Source: Marine Group III euryarchaeote CG-Bathy1
GTDB taxonomy: Archaea; Thermoplasmatota; Poseidoniia; MGIII; CG-Epi1
Direction of reading: 5' to 3'
Length of the DNA: 64,000 nt
Assembly (NCBI GenBank): GCA_001875425.1
Contig: MIYU01000019.1
Coordinates: 763-64,762, forward strand
How positions within the stretch are numbered: the stretch's first letter is position 1; each line of letters opens with the position of its first letter. Positions 40,310 to 50,530 of this stretch are shown in pieces. The position numbers were made by a program, and so were the translations under genes. The notes beneath the pieces were generated by a model, which saw only the letters and a list, made by a program, of their open reading frames with translations, was not told the origin of the DNA and made no database searches.

Positions 40310-42118
40310 TCATTCTAAATATGTATTGAGAACCGGTTTTTCATCAAGATGGAAGAACATGTAGAATGCCCACCACGTTATTATATCCAACGAGTCCATC
40401 AAATTTTCAATACCACTGGCATTCTTTCCATAACCCTTACTTTCCGTTTCCATCCAATCTTCCATTTCCTCTAATGTATCACATACTTGATGATAGCACC
40501 AATATCCATCTACCAATCCCCCATAACCCAAGGTAATAGTCCCTAAATTCGTTTGAAATGAATCATGATCACTTCTAGCAGTTGTATCTTCATAGATGAT
40601 TATTTCAGGCCTTCCCTGTTCAATCCATGAATGATATTTCCATTCATCTTCACACGTTTCTTCTATCGGTTCGCACGAAGAATTTCCTACTAATATGTCT
40701 TGATGCATAGCAACATTAATCGCATCCGCTCCTACCCATTCTGTAAGGCGCACCATCTCTGGTTGATTAATCATATCATAATCGTTTGAAGGCCCAATGT
40801 ATAATCTCAACGGCCAAGTTTCATTATCTTTTGGATATCCATCATAGTCTGGTTGAGGATCAGGATCACAATCACCTACTCCACCACCATGTTCACCACC
40901 ACACGGCGCTCCGCCACCACCAGGCCAATTTACACCAGCCATGTCTAAATTCACATAATTAGTAACGGTAACGTCAGGATTGTTTTCCTTTACATAATGA
41001 TCTGTCCAATAATCACTTCCTCGCTTTCCCCCCTCTTCACCAGACCAGAAACAGAATACCATTGTTCTTCTAGTTTGAAAGTTAGAAGCAGCTTCAGCTA
41101 CAGCTAAGACCATTGATGAACCAGCTGTATTATCATAAGCTCCTACACGCGTCCCATAGCTTCGTTCACCAGTTTCATGAGGATCTGAAATTATTGGTAT
41201 AAATGCCGCATTTGCAGGAGGCGCTATATCGAAATGCGCTCCAAAAACTAACCATTCATTAGGATACACCGTACCATATTTGTATCCACAGATGTTGTAT
41301 GATTCACTATTTTGATTCTCAAATATATCAGTAAATTCATATCTATGAGTTATCACCTCATCAAGATTATAGTTGCCAAGCTCTCCTACTAACCATAATC
41401 CAGCTTCTTCATATCCAAAATTACCCTGTCCAGCCCATCTATTCAATTGTCCGCAAGCTAAATCAACAGATATACAAGGACTTTCATCTGTAATATCGAC
41501 TAAATGATCATATACTATTCTACCATTCACCACTCCGGTTGAATACAACCCTCCTTGGTCCTTTCCATAAGTTTCATGCATTTTTCTCTCTATAGGAATC
41601 ATCACAGCTACTACTTCTCCACCATTGTTCAGACTCCCATTCAACATGGATAATCCATTAGCAGATTCTATCTTTTCCACTCCATTAGCTGAGGAATCTT
41701 TCACACCCCCTCTAGCAACCCACTGGTTCCACGATTCACTCGAATCTCTTATGGGCCAATTGGTTCTCTCCCATTCTCCTATGAAGAAATATGCCTTGTT
41801 AATTCTGGGCGGAGCTAATATATTCAAATTTTGGGTTTCTCCTTTCTTTAAATCCAATACAGTACCATTCTGAACCAAACCGGCATTGTCAACTATTAGG
41901 TGTGGTACGAATACTGCAAGATCCCGCTCTACAGAGAATTTCACATTCTGAATCTCTCCTCCAATCAATACAGCAGGACTAACTATCAAATCTCCTGATT
42001 CCATTTCTCCAGAAAAAACCCCAAGACAACCTGAAAAAGTTGGAAAGATGAGCAACAAAACTAAAAGTAATGATTCAGACCTCATTAACATGCGATAAAA
42101 CCGACATACAAAAAACAC
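40310..42118 (-). CDS. M28 family metallopeptidase, probable lipoprotein
   Basis: Lipobox-like FSGC; GAHFD, GAYDN, GEEGG, NLDM, SDH, YH; start probably at a downstream Met. Confidence 0.87.
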   Translation of the reverse strand: MFFVCRFYRMLMRSESLLLVLLLIFPTFSGCLGVFSGEMESGDLIVSPAVLIGGEIQNVKFSVERDLAVFVPHLIVDNAGLVQNGTVLDLKKGETQNLNILAPPRINKAYFFIGEWERTNWPIRDSSESWNQWVARGGVKDSSANGVEKIESANGLSMLNGSLNNGGEVVAVMIPIERKMHETYGKDQGGLYSTGVVNGRIVYDHLVDITDESPCISVDLACGQLNRWAGQGNFGYEEAGLWLVGELGNYNLDEVITHRYEFTDIFENQNSESYNICGYKYGTVYPNEWLVFGAHFDIAPPANAAFIPIISDPHETGERSYGTRVGAYDNTAGSSMVLAVAEAASNFQTRRTMVFCFWSGEEGGKRGSDYWTDHYVKENNPDVTVTNYVNLDMAGVNWPGGGGAPCGGEHGGGVGDCDPDPQPDYDGYPKDNETWPLRLYIGPSNDYDMINQPEMVRLTEWVGADAINVAMHQDILVGNSSCEPIEETCEDEWKYHSWIEQGRPEIIIYEDTTARSDHDSFQTNLGTITLGYGGLVDGYWCYHQVCDTLEEMEDWMETESKGYGKNASGIENLMDSLDIITWWAFYMFFHLDEKPVLNTYLE

Positions 42119-42162
42119 TCGCTCACCGTTAAGTTGAAAATACCACTCTTTTTACAATCGCA

Positions 42163-42651
42163 GTGCAACTATTCACAACACCATTTAGAAAGCATTTTTT
42201 CGTAGGACTAATCGTAGGAATATTCCTCTCTATAGATTTAGCTATAGTTAGCGCGCTAAGCGAAGTTTTTGGTGTAGATTATATCTCTTCTTGGTATCCC
42301 CGACTCTTTGGATTCGTTACAGTAACCACAGTTTTCGGTTCAGTGGGATTATGGCTACTGAGGTCTTTCGGTGATTCGTATTCTAAAAATCCAGAATTAA
42401 TTTTATGTTTAATCGTTTTACTTTTAGCCACAATGATGACATTAAACGTACTAAATGAAAGCATTCAATTAGATGATGAGATTTATTCAGAAGAAGATAT
42501 AGAGATAGTTAAATCTAAAAATTTTAAAATCATGACTACTTTGTATCATTATACTGTCGCAATAGGGTGGATATATTTCATTCCAAGATTGACTGAACCG
42601 GAACAGGATCCCATCGAAGGTCTCCGCACAAAATTCTTATTAAATCGGTAA
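42163..42651 (+). CDS. Hypothetical membrane protein (about 4 TM)
   Basis: 162-aa hydrophobic ORF filling the gap. Confidence 0.6.
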   Translation: MQLFTTPFRKHFFVGLIVGIFLSIDLAIVSALSEVFGVDYISSWYPRLFGFVTVTTVFGSVGLWLLRSFGDSYSKNPELILCLIVLLLATMMTLNVLNESIQLDDEIYSEEDIEIVKSKNFKIMTTLYHYTVAIGWIYFIPRLTEPEQDPIEGLRTKFLLNR

Positions 42652-42690
42652 AAATGCCCTATTATCTATTAAGACTTTATAGAATCACAT

Positions 42691-45600
42691 ATGTTTGATT
42701 TAACCAACACTATAGAAAAAAGAAATAGGGCAATATTGCTATTCTTAATCTTTTTCATAGCTCTATTTTCAGGGTTTCATTCAGATGTAGGAAGAGAAAC
42801 AAACTCGAGAGAACCCTGGTCTTATCCAGACAGCCCCTTTTGGCAAGCATCTTATAGGTCAGATCAAATTTTACCGGCAGAATATCATCAGGTCTATGTC
42901 CTCGTTATGGGGGAAAGTGAAGAAACTGTAGGACACAACACATTGGATATGGGTGTCTTTAGAGACGTTACTAGCAGACACGATCAAGTACTATCAGACG
43001 AAGAAGCCTCACAATATTTTGATCACGATTTCAATTCCATGGTTTTACGTAATACAACCACAGGTCCATGGGGTATAGCAGAAACTGTAAGAGATATCAT
43101 GGACAAAAAAAGCCCGTTATATCTTCCTGAAGAATATGGTGGAATAAATTACACAGGTCCAGATTTTTTAAACGCTACTGATTTGGACTTATCTTATGTT
43201 CTAAATCATTTGATGAATGCCCGTACAACTGATGGCACTTATTGGGCCAGAGGTTTAACGTCTCCAGATTTATGTATTTTATCTTCAGATAGTAACTGTA
43301 CAAAACCACAAAATTCCAACAACGAACAAATACAAATGACTGCACAAAATGGGGAAATTTGGACTGCTAGAGGGTTTTGGGTCGTTGCTCAAGCTAATTC
43401 CACTCGTCTTTTTTCCGATTATTCATTGACTGCAGATGGTGATAAGCCGTATTATGAACTATATGAAAAATTAGTGGATGATTATTATTATGATTTAGAA
43501 TCAGATCAGGCAGTTTCTTACTATGGCTATGGTGCAATAAGCCTAGAAATGGAAAGGGAGGTAAATTCCACCATGCCGTTAGTGGGTGTCTCTTTCATTG
43601 CTATGGTTATTCTTTTAGGAATATATTTTAGAGATTGGCGAGACACATTCTTCAGCGCATTTGGTTTACTAGTTTTAATGGGTAGTATGTTCGCTAATTT
43701 ACAATGGCTTGGATATCCCCAAACCCAAATTTCTGCAATGTTACCCATCTTAATGCTCGCATTAGGTGTTGATTTTACAGTTCATAGTTTAACTAGATGG
43801 AAACGATTAACTTTCACACATTCTTTATACAATAAGAAACCAAAACAAGCAAGTGCTGAAGGGGCATTCAACTCTATAGGGTCTCTTTTTCCAGCTTTAG
43901 GAATCGCTACAATCACCACCATGGTCGCTTTCGGCACCGCTTCCATGAGTAAAATTCCAGATTTGTATGAATGGGGAATTTTAGCTTCCATTGGAATTTT
44001 AGAAGCTTATTTTATTATGGGGGTTTTCACACCACTCGCCCGTAGTGTCTGGCCACCAAAAATCAAGGAAAAAACCATCACAAAAGTAAATCCTGTAGAA
44101 CAACCTCAAGTATCTAGAAATCCACTATTTCGTTTAATGTGGATTATTGCAGGAACATTTTGCATTGTTTTAGGAACTATTGGAATATGGATTCCTGGTC
44201 TTCCAACAACTAGTTTTTACGTTCTTGCAGCAGCATTTTATGCAAGAGGCTCGCAAAGATTGTATGATTGGTTATTAAATCATAAATTCTTTGGTAAACC
44301 TATACGAGATTACAGAGAAGGCAGAGGAATGCCCTTCCGTTCAAAACTTTATACTCTTTCTATGATGTGGATTGCAATTCTTGTTTCAGTTCATTATCTA
44401 ACTATAGCAGGGGATCCAGGTTATGGGCAATTAACAATCATATTTGTCGGCTTAATTGGCACATGGTTTCTTTGCTTTAAAGTTCCAACACAATTCGAAA
44501 AAAATAGTGACGACCCCCTCAATAATTTCTTCCAAAAATCTTTCGATATGACTTCGATAAGTAATTATTTACGAAACAACTCTAAAGGAATAATCATAGT
44601 TTTTGTAGTTCTTACTCTTTTACTTTCTCCTCTTCATCTAGGCCATCCCGAATCGACTTTCGAAATACGGGATTATGCTGACAATGATTCTCGATTAGTT
44701 CAAACAATCACCATTGGTAAGGTGACTTTTACAGAGGAAGGAGAACCAGGATTTTATTTAGTCGAAGGAGAAAGTCTAGAAGATTTCGAAACATTATTAT
44801 TATTGGAAGATCTGTATTCAAATCTAGAAGATATGGGCTTAGTTGCTTATTGGGTCCCATCTGTTACAAATTTATTACGTATACAATCAACTCTTGCAAT
44901 ATCAACAGGACAGGGACACATACCAACTAGCATAGATCCAATTTCAGGCCTCCCTACCGATTCAGAAGATGCCTACAAAATTTTGGCCGATATTTATAGA
45001 AATGGTACAAGATCTCTCGATTCAACATTTCAATTAACTCCAGGAGATGCTAAGGCGACATACCATATAGATGATAACAATCTAACTCATTTGAAAATAT
45101 GGTTTATGGTTGGAAAAGCAGATGATTTAGAATTTATGAGAGACCTTCTTGTGGTGTTAGAAAGTTTAGAAGAACCATTAGAATCTACGGACAACGTAAC
45201 ACTCCAAGTCACAGGTCCAAGCTACAAGAGATATGTTTATTTGACTGAAATTACAGAAAGTTTCGAGAAAAGTTTGTTGACAGCAATAGTACTTTCTTTC
45301 TTTATTTTACTAGTAGCACTAGGAGACTTCCGACTCACTATCATAACTATTCTTCCCGTTGCTGCAATAACTATATGGTTACGAGGGGGCATGGTTCTAA
45401 CAGATACTAGTATCAACTTAGTTACAGTACAAATTTCTAGTTTAGCAGTCGGGTTAGGTGTGGATTATTCAATTCATATGGTTCAGAGAATCAGAGAAGC
45501 ACGAAGAGAAAATCCAAAAGCCACTCAAATCGAATGGATGACGGAAAGTATGGATGAAACAGGAAAAGCAGTAGCAACTTCTGCTATTACGGATTTAATA

Positions 45601-45756
45601 GGGTTCTTAATTTTGACATTATCTATTATGCCTCTCTTTGTTATGTTCGGTACAATCATGGGTATAATGATTTCATTATCATTCATAGCGGCACTTGTTA
45701 TGTTGCCTGTTTTATTATATCAATTCGGCGAGTTAGAGAAAAAGATTATACCTTAA
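42691..45756 (+). CDS. MMPL/RND family transporter with internal YbaN (DUF454)-like domain
   Basis: ALGVDFTVH and GLGVDYSIH MMPL motifs; central LPTTSF..LAA, WLLNHKFFGKPIRDY. Confidence 0.87.
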   Translation: MFDLTNTIEKRNRAILLFLIFFIALFSGFHSDVGRETNSREPWSYPDSPFWQASYRSDQILPAEYHQVYVLVMGESEETVGHNTLDMGVFRDVTSRHDQVLSDEEASQYFDHDFNSMVLRNTTTGPWGIAETVRDIMDKKSPLYLPEEYGGINYTGPDFLNATDLDLSYVLNHLMNARTTDGTYWARGLTSPDLCILSSDSNCTKPQNSNNEQIQMTAQNGEIWTARGFWVVAQANSTRLFSDYSLTADGDKPYYELYEKLVDDYYYDLESDQAVSYYGYGAISLEMEREVNSTMPLVGVSFIAMVILLGIYFRDWRDTFFSAFGLLVLMGSMFANLQWLGYPQTQISAMLPILMLALGVDFTVHSLTRWKRLTFTHSLYNKKPKQASAEGAFNSIGSLFPALGIATITTMVAFGTASMSKIPDLYEWGILASIGILEAYFIMGVFTPLARSVWPPKIKEKTITKVNPVEQPQVSRNPLFRLMWIIAGTFCIVLGTIGIWIPGLPTTSFYVLAAAFYARGSQRLYDWLLNHKFFGKPIRDYREGRGMPFRSKLYTLSMMWIAILVSVHYLTIAGDPGYGQLTIIFVGLIGTWFLCFKVPTQFEKNSDDPLNNFFQKSFDMTSISNYLRNNSKGIIIVFVVLTLLLSPLHLGHPESTFEIRDYADNDSRLVQTITIGKVTFTEEGEPGFYLVEGESLEDFETLLLLEDLYSNLEDMGLVAYWVPSVTNLLRIQSTLAISTGQGHIPTSIDPISGLPTDSEDAYKILADIYRNGTRSLDSTFQLTPGDAKATYHIDDNNLTHLKIWFMVGKADDLEFMRDLLVVLESLEEPLESTDNVTLQVTGPSYKRYVYLTEITESFEKSLLTAIVLSFFILLVALGDFRLTIITILPVAAITIWLRGGMVLTDTSINLVTVQISSLAVGLGVDYSIHMVQRIREARRENPKATQIEWMTESMDETGKAVATSAITDLIGFLILTLSIMPLFVMFGTIMGIMISLSFIAALVMLPVLLYQFGELEKKIIP

Positions 45757-45812
45757 ACATTTAATTCTATCCATTAGTAGGTTTTATAATCCACCACCAC
45801 AGGAGGGCCAAC

Positions 45813-46715
45813 GTGAAACACATCGTAACTATTGAAGATTTAAACAATAAGGACATAATTGACATTCTTGACAGAGCGAAAAAACTCGTCCCTATTGCAG
45901 AAGGAAAAAAAACATCTAACTCTCTTTCTGGAAAAATCGTAGCTACCTGTTTTTTCGAACCATCTACCAGAACAAGACTTTCCTTCGAAACAGCAATTTC
46001 ACGCCTCGGAGGAAACTATATCGGTTTCGCTGATCCTTCTGCAACATCTCATATCAAAGGAGAAACTCTTTCAGATTCAATTAGAATGGTTTCAGGCTAT
46101 GCTGACGCAGTCGTTCTTCGACACCCGCAAGAAGGTTCTGCAAGACTCGCAGCAGACATTTCTCCAGTCCCTATCATAAATGGTGGCGATGGAGCTGGGC
46201 AACATCCAACACAAACATTACTGGATTTATTTACAATTAGAGAAGAAGTCGGTAAATTAGAAGGCCTTAACGTTGGCTTATTGGGTGATTTAAGATATGG
46301 ACGAACCGTTCATTCATTATCAGAAGCTTTATCTAGATTTAACAACAAACTTCATTTCATATCTCCAGAAAATCTAGCTATACCTGATAGAGTCAAAGAT
46401 GTTCTAGGTCCAGACTGCTGGTCTGAGAGTAATGAACTCGAAAAAATTCTTCCAGATTTGGACGTTCTTTATGTAACTAGAATACAAAAAGAACGATTCC
46501 CCGACATCGAAGACTATCTTAAAGTTGCAGATATTTATCGTATTACTGCCGAACTATTGAGAGATGCTAAACCAGAACTCAAAGTAATGCACCCACTACC
46601 ACGTGTATCTGAAATATCAACAGATGTAGATGAAACACCACACGCCGCTTATTTCAAACAGGCATTCAACGGCGTACCTGTTAGAATGGCACTATTGGAA
46701 ACCCTAATGGAGTAA
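45813..46715 (+). CDS. pyrB: Aspartate carbamoyltransferase catalytic subunit
   Basis: FFEPSTRT, HPTQTLLD, HPLPR. Confidence 0.98.
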   Translation: MKHIVTIEDLNNKDIIDILDRAKKLVPIAEGKKTSNSLSGKIVATCFFEPSTRTRLSFETAISRLGGNYIGFADPSATSHIKGETLSDSIRMVSGYADAVVLRHPQEGSARLAADISPVPIINGGDGAGQHPTQTLLDLFTIREEVGKLEGLNVGLLGDLRYGRTVHSLSEALSRFNNKLHFISPENLAIPDRVKDVLGPDCWSESNELEKILPDLDVLYVTRIQKERFPDIEDYLKVADIYRITAELLRDAKPELKVMHPLPRVSEISTDVDETPHAAYFKQAFNGVPVRMALLETLME

Positions 46716-46719
46716 TAAC

Positions 46720-47178
46720 ATGGAAGGCAATCTACTGAAAGTACAACCGATAAGAAATGGAACAGTTATCGATCATATCAATGCCAATATGGCCCTTAAA
46801 ATTATTCAAATTTTACGTTTAAGTGATTCTGGTTCTACAGTAAGTGTTCTAATCAATGTGCCTAGTAAAAAACTAAATAAAAAAGACATGATAAAAATAG
46901 AAGATCGGGAATTATCTAAAGAAGATTCAGCAAAACTCGCGTTATTGTCTCCAGGTGCACATGTCAATATTATTCGAAATTACACAGTCGCAGAAAAATT
47001 ACCAGTAAAAATTCCTAATACAATCAGTAATGTCGCATCGTGCCCAAGTACAAATTGCATCTCTAATAATGAAAGAGGTAGTACTAGCCGTCTTGAACTC
47101 AAAAGCGAAGTGCCGTTGATACTCTCTTGCTATTATTGTAATAGACGTGTTGATGAGAATAATTTAGTTTTGAATTAA
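46720..47178 (+). CDS. pyrI: Aspartate carbamoyltransferase regulatory subunit
   Basis: NGTVIDHI, KDMIKIE, CPSTNC...CYYC. Confidence 0.96.
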   Translation: MEGNLLKVQPIRNGTVIDHINANMALKIIQILRLSDSGSTVSVLINVPSKKLNKKDMIKIEDRELSKEDSAKLALLSPGAHVNIIRNYTVAEKLPVKIPNTISNVASCPSTNCISNNERGSTSRLELKSEVPLILSCYYCNRRVDENNLVLN

Positions 47179-48095
47179 TTAGTAATAATCGTACCAGCTT
47201 CTCCTTGTAAAGCCAATGATATTTTTTCTGTTGAGGTTATTATTGCCATTTCACCACCTCTCTCTAAAAATTGAATTCCAGCTTCTACTTTAGGCCCCAT
47301 CGATCCTTCTGGAAATTCTCCTTTTTCATAATACAGTTTAATTTCATCCTTGGTAATTTTCTCAAGAGGAGTTTTCTCTTTTCCAACCCACACATTATCT
47401 ACATCAGTAGCAATTATCAAATGGGTAGCATTCAATTCACATGCCAGCAGACTTGCTACAGAATCTTTGTCTATAACTCCTTCTACACCTTCATATCCCC
47501 TTTCTGTCGTCACTACAGGCGTTCCACCACCCCCTGCAGTTATTACTAATACTCGATTTTCAAAAAGAGATCTTATTATTTCCAACTCCACAACTCTTTT
47601 TGGTTTAGGGGAAGGTACCAATCTTCTTAATCCTCTATCTGTTTTTTTTACAAACCATCCTTTCCGCTCTAATTCTGCTTTATTTTCAATAGAATAATAA
47701 GGCCCTATTGGTTTAATTGCATTACGAAAAGAATCTTTATCAGAATCAATCTCTACTTGCGCCAACATTGCCAATACTTCTCTTGAACCATTATTTTTTA
47801 AAATTAAATTCCGAACAGTTCTCTCTAGTAAATATCCCAAACCTCCTTGAGTATCTGAAACTAAATGATCCAATGGTCTCGGAGGGGTTTTAGGAATAGA
47901 AGCTTCAACTCTTAACAATGCATTTCCAACTTGAGGTCCATTTCCATGCGTTATCAAAATTTTCTCTCTTCCAGACAAAAGAGTTTCGATAGGTTGTAAA
48001 GATTGCTTCGCTCTTTTCAATTCAGATTCAACAGTTCCATCATCATTAGGACGTAACAGGGCATTACCACCTAGGGCAAGCACAATCCTCATCAA
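47175..48095 (-). CDS. arcC: Carbamate kinase
   Basis: ALGGNAL, THGNGPQVG, KPIGP, GGGGTP, VIDKD, GSMGPK. Confidence 0.95.
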   Translation of the reverse strand: MMRIVLALGGNALLRPNDDGTVESELKRAKQSLQPIETLLSGREKILITHGNGPQVGNALLRVEASIPKTPPRPLDHLVSDTQGGLGYLLERTVRNLILKNNGSREVLAMLAQVEIDSDKDSFRNAIKPIGPYYSIENKAELERKGWFVKKTDRGLRRLVPSPKPKRVVELEIIRSLFENRVLVITAGGGGTPVVTTERGYEGVEGVIDKDSVASLLACELNATHLIIATDVDNVWVGKEKTPLEKITKDEIKLYYEKGEFPEGSMGPKVEAGIQFLERGGEMAIITSTEKISLALQGEAGTIITN

Positions 48096-48562
48096 AATTT
48101 GTCGCTGTATTCTCCAGCTTTCATTGCAGCTTGCACATCTTTAGGATCTTTCCCTTCAGCAGATAAGCCCATTGATTTTGCAACTCCTAAGACTTCTGAA
48201 GCCTGCGCTCTTAAATCTGCACCACTGAGTCCAGATGTTTTCTGTTTAGCTACTGTTATGGCTTGTTCAATTGTTATATCTGCAGCAACAACAGTACCTG
48301 CTTCTCCAGATCCCTTTTCAATACCTAATACCATTTTTATTAGAGAAGATGTAGGTGGTGTTCCTATTTCTAATTTAAATGTTTTATCATCTTCAACAAA
48401 GACCTTTACAGGAACTTGCATTCCTTCCATACTTGCAGTTACTTTGTTAATCTCTTCAATTACTTCTTTTACATTCACTCCGCTTGGCCCTAGAGCCGGT
48501 CCTAGCGGCGGTCCTGCATTTGCTTTACCTGCTTGAACTACTGCATCAACTACATTGCCCAT
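48092..48562 (-). CDS. rpl11: 50S ribosomal protein L11
   Basis: GKANAGPPLGPALG, PPTSSLI. Confidence 0.96.
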   Translation of the reverse strand: MGNVVDAVVQAGKANAGPPLGPALGPSGVNVKEVIEEINKVTASMEGMQVPVKVFVEDDKTFKLEIGTPPTSSLIKMVLGIEKGSGEAGTVVAADITIEQAITVAKQKTSGLSGADLRAQASEVLGVAKSMGLSAEGKDPKDVQAAMKAGEYSDKF

Positions 48563-48564
48563 AT

Positions 48565-49092
48565 CTATTTTTCTCCTCTTTCAAGAACACTAACATGATC
48601 TCCTCGAACCGTTATAGGAATAGGAACCATAGCCTCAAACAATTCCACAGTAACTTCTTCTTTAGATTCATCAATTCTTTGAACTCGCGCTTTCTCTCCT
48701 TTGAAAGGACCAGCTATCACTTCCACAATATTTCCTTCTTCAATACCAGAAACTGCAGGTGGCGGTGTTAGGTGGGGTCTAAGCTCGTCTAAAGTAATAG
48801 TTCCAAATGTTGGTTGCCCAGCTCTTCCATATTTACCAGCTTTACCAGCCTTCATAACAAGTCCTCTTGCGTAAGTTAAACCTTTCAATTGATCTCTTAA
48901 TACTTCAGGATGTTCTGCTTCTACAAACAAATATCCTCTAAGTTTGGATGGAGCTAATATCGAATATACAGGCGCTCCACTTCTCCTTATCCTATCTCCT
49001 AATTTTTCCCCAACCGTTCTTTCATGACCTAGTTGAGTTTTCATTGTGTATATCTGAGTTTCAGGCTTCTCTTCTTCATTGATTTCATCCAT
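48565..49092 (-). CDS. spt5: Transcription elongation factor Spt5/NusG
   Basis: GYLFVEA (NGN), GPFKGEKARV (KOW); start reset to ATG 49092. Confidence 0.95.
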   Translation of the reverse strand: MDEINEEEKPETQIYTMKTQLGHERTVGEKLGDRIRRSGAPVYSILAPSKLRGYLFVEAEHPEVLRDQLKGLTYARGLVMKAGKAGKYGRAGQPTFGTITLDELRPHLTPPPAVSGIEEGNIVEVIAGPFKGEKARVQRIDESKEEVTVELFEAMVPIPITVRGDHVSVLERGEK

Positions 49093-49097
49093 GTATT

Positions 49098-49337
49098 TTA
49101 CACTCCAAATAAATCTCTTAGAAATGGCGGTACATTTTGCCAAAAGTAGTATATGCCAAAACCAATACCACCAGTAATAGCTATACCGATAGCAACCGTC
49201 CACGACGTTCTAGTAAACTCATCATAACTAGGTTTCTTAGCCAATCTCATAACTCTGCCAAGCTGACCTCTAGAAATTTTTCTAGCGCGCTCTTCTAGAG
49301 CATCTTGCTTTTTCCAAACCCAATCGACAAAGCTCAT
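49098..49337 (-). CDS. secE: Protein translocase subunit SecE/Sec61-gamma
   Basis: RVMRLAKKPSYDEF followed by TM with GGIGF; ftsZ-secE-spt5-rpl11 order. Confidence 0.93.
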   Translation of the reverse strand: MSFVDWVWKKQDALEERARKISRGQLGRVMRLAKKPSYDEFTRTSWTVAIGIAITGGIGFGIYYFWQNVPPFLRDLFGV

Positions 49338-50428
49338 TGTACAAAGTCTATTCCATACCTCGTTTCTAAATCCTCTTCTATGCTACTAGGTGGTCCCAAG
49401 ATTTGTTCCGACTTAACCCCCGTTACAACCAACATAACTCTGATAGAATTATCCAATTCTGGATCCACCGAAGCTCCCCAAATGATTCTAGCCTCTTTAT
49501 TAATCTTACTATAAATTTCTTCTAGAACTGTTTCTGCTTCTTTCAATGACATATCACTCCCGCCTGTAACGTTCACTAATGCACCACTGGCGCCTTCAAT
49601 GTCCACTTCAATAAGAGGGGATGAAAGCGCAGCTTTGACAGCTTCCGAAGCCCTATCTGCACCACTACCTTCTCCTGTTCCAATCATTGCAACACCCGAT
49701 TCTGTAGTCATAATTGATCTTAAATCTGCAAAATCAATGTTAACTAAACCAGTCGCAGTAGTTATTTCAGACATACATTTTATTGCACCAGCTAAAATAT
49801 CATCAGCCTCTCTAAACGCTTGATTTAATGGTAATTGAGAGATATCATCATTTAACAATCTATCGTTAGGAATAACAATTACAGTATCAACAACTTTTCG
49901 TAATCTTTCTAATCCCTGCCTAGCATTTTCCATTCTTTTAGCGCCTTCATTTGTAAAAGGCATTGTAACAACTGCAATAGTCAATGCTTTTTGTTGCTTA
50001 GCCAACTTTGCAAATACAGGCAAAGAACCAGTCCCAGTACCTCCTCCTAGTCCTGCAGTCAAGAAAACAATATCAGCATCTGTACACGCTTCTAGTATTT
50101 CACTCCTACTTTCGTCTGCAGCCGCTTGTCCTATTACTGGGTCGGAACCGGCACCCATTCCTCTGGCGCACTCTCTACCAATCAACATCTTATTTTCTGC
50201 AATCGTACTTAACAAATGTTGCGCATCAGTATTAGCAGCTAACATTTCAACACCTTCAACACCTTCTTCAGATAATCTAGTTAGGGTATTATTTCCACCC
50301 CCACCACATCCAACAATCAGGATATTAGTTTTCAAATCGGATATGAGCTCTTGCAGAATCTCCTCTTCGCTTTTCTCTTCTTGCGATTCGGTCGTTGGTT
50401 CTGAAGATTCCTCATTCAAATCTGTCAT
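49334..50428 (-). CDS. ftsZ: Cell division protein FtsZ
   Basis: GCGGGGNN, NTDAQ, GLGGGTGTG, NIDFAD. Confidence 0.98.
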   Translation of the reverse strand: MTDLNEESSEPTTESQEEKSEEEILQELISDLKTNILIVGCGGGGNNTLTRLSEEGVEGVEMLAANTDAQHLLSTIAENKMLIGRECARGMGAGSDPVIGQAAADESRSEILEACTDADIVFLTAGLGGGTGTGSLPVFAKLAKQQKALTIAVVTMPFTNEGAKRMENARQGLERLRKVVDTVIVIPNDRLLNDDISQLPLNQAFREADDILAGAIKCMSEITTATGLVNIDFADLRSIMTTESGVAMIGTGEGSGADRASEAVKAALSSPLIEVDIEGASGALVNVTGGSDMSLKEAETVLEEIYSKINKEARIIWGASVDPELDNSIRVMLVVTGVKSEQILGPPSSIEEDLETRYGIDFVQ

Positions 50429-50530
50429 ATGTGCTCGACTTTCCTTCTGTATTTAAAAACCACCTATACAAAAAAACCATAGAAAGACACATAATATTCA
50501 CTCAAAAGGGTTTAAATCCTATCACCAAAC

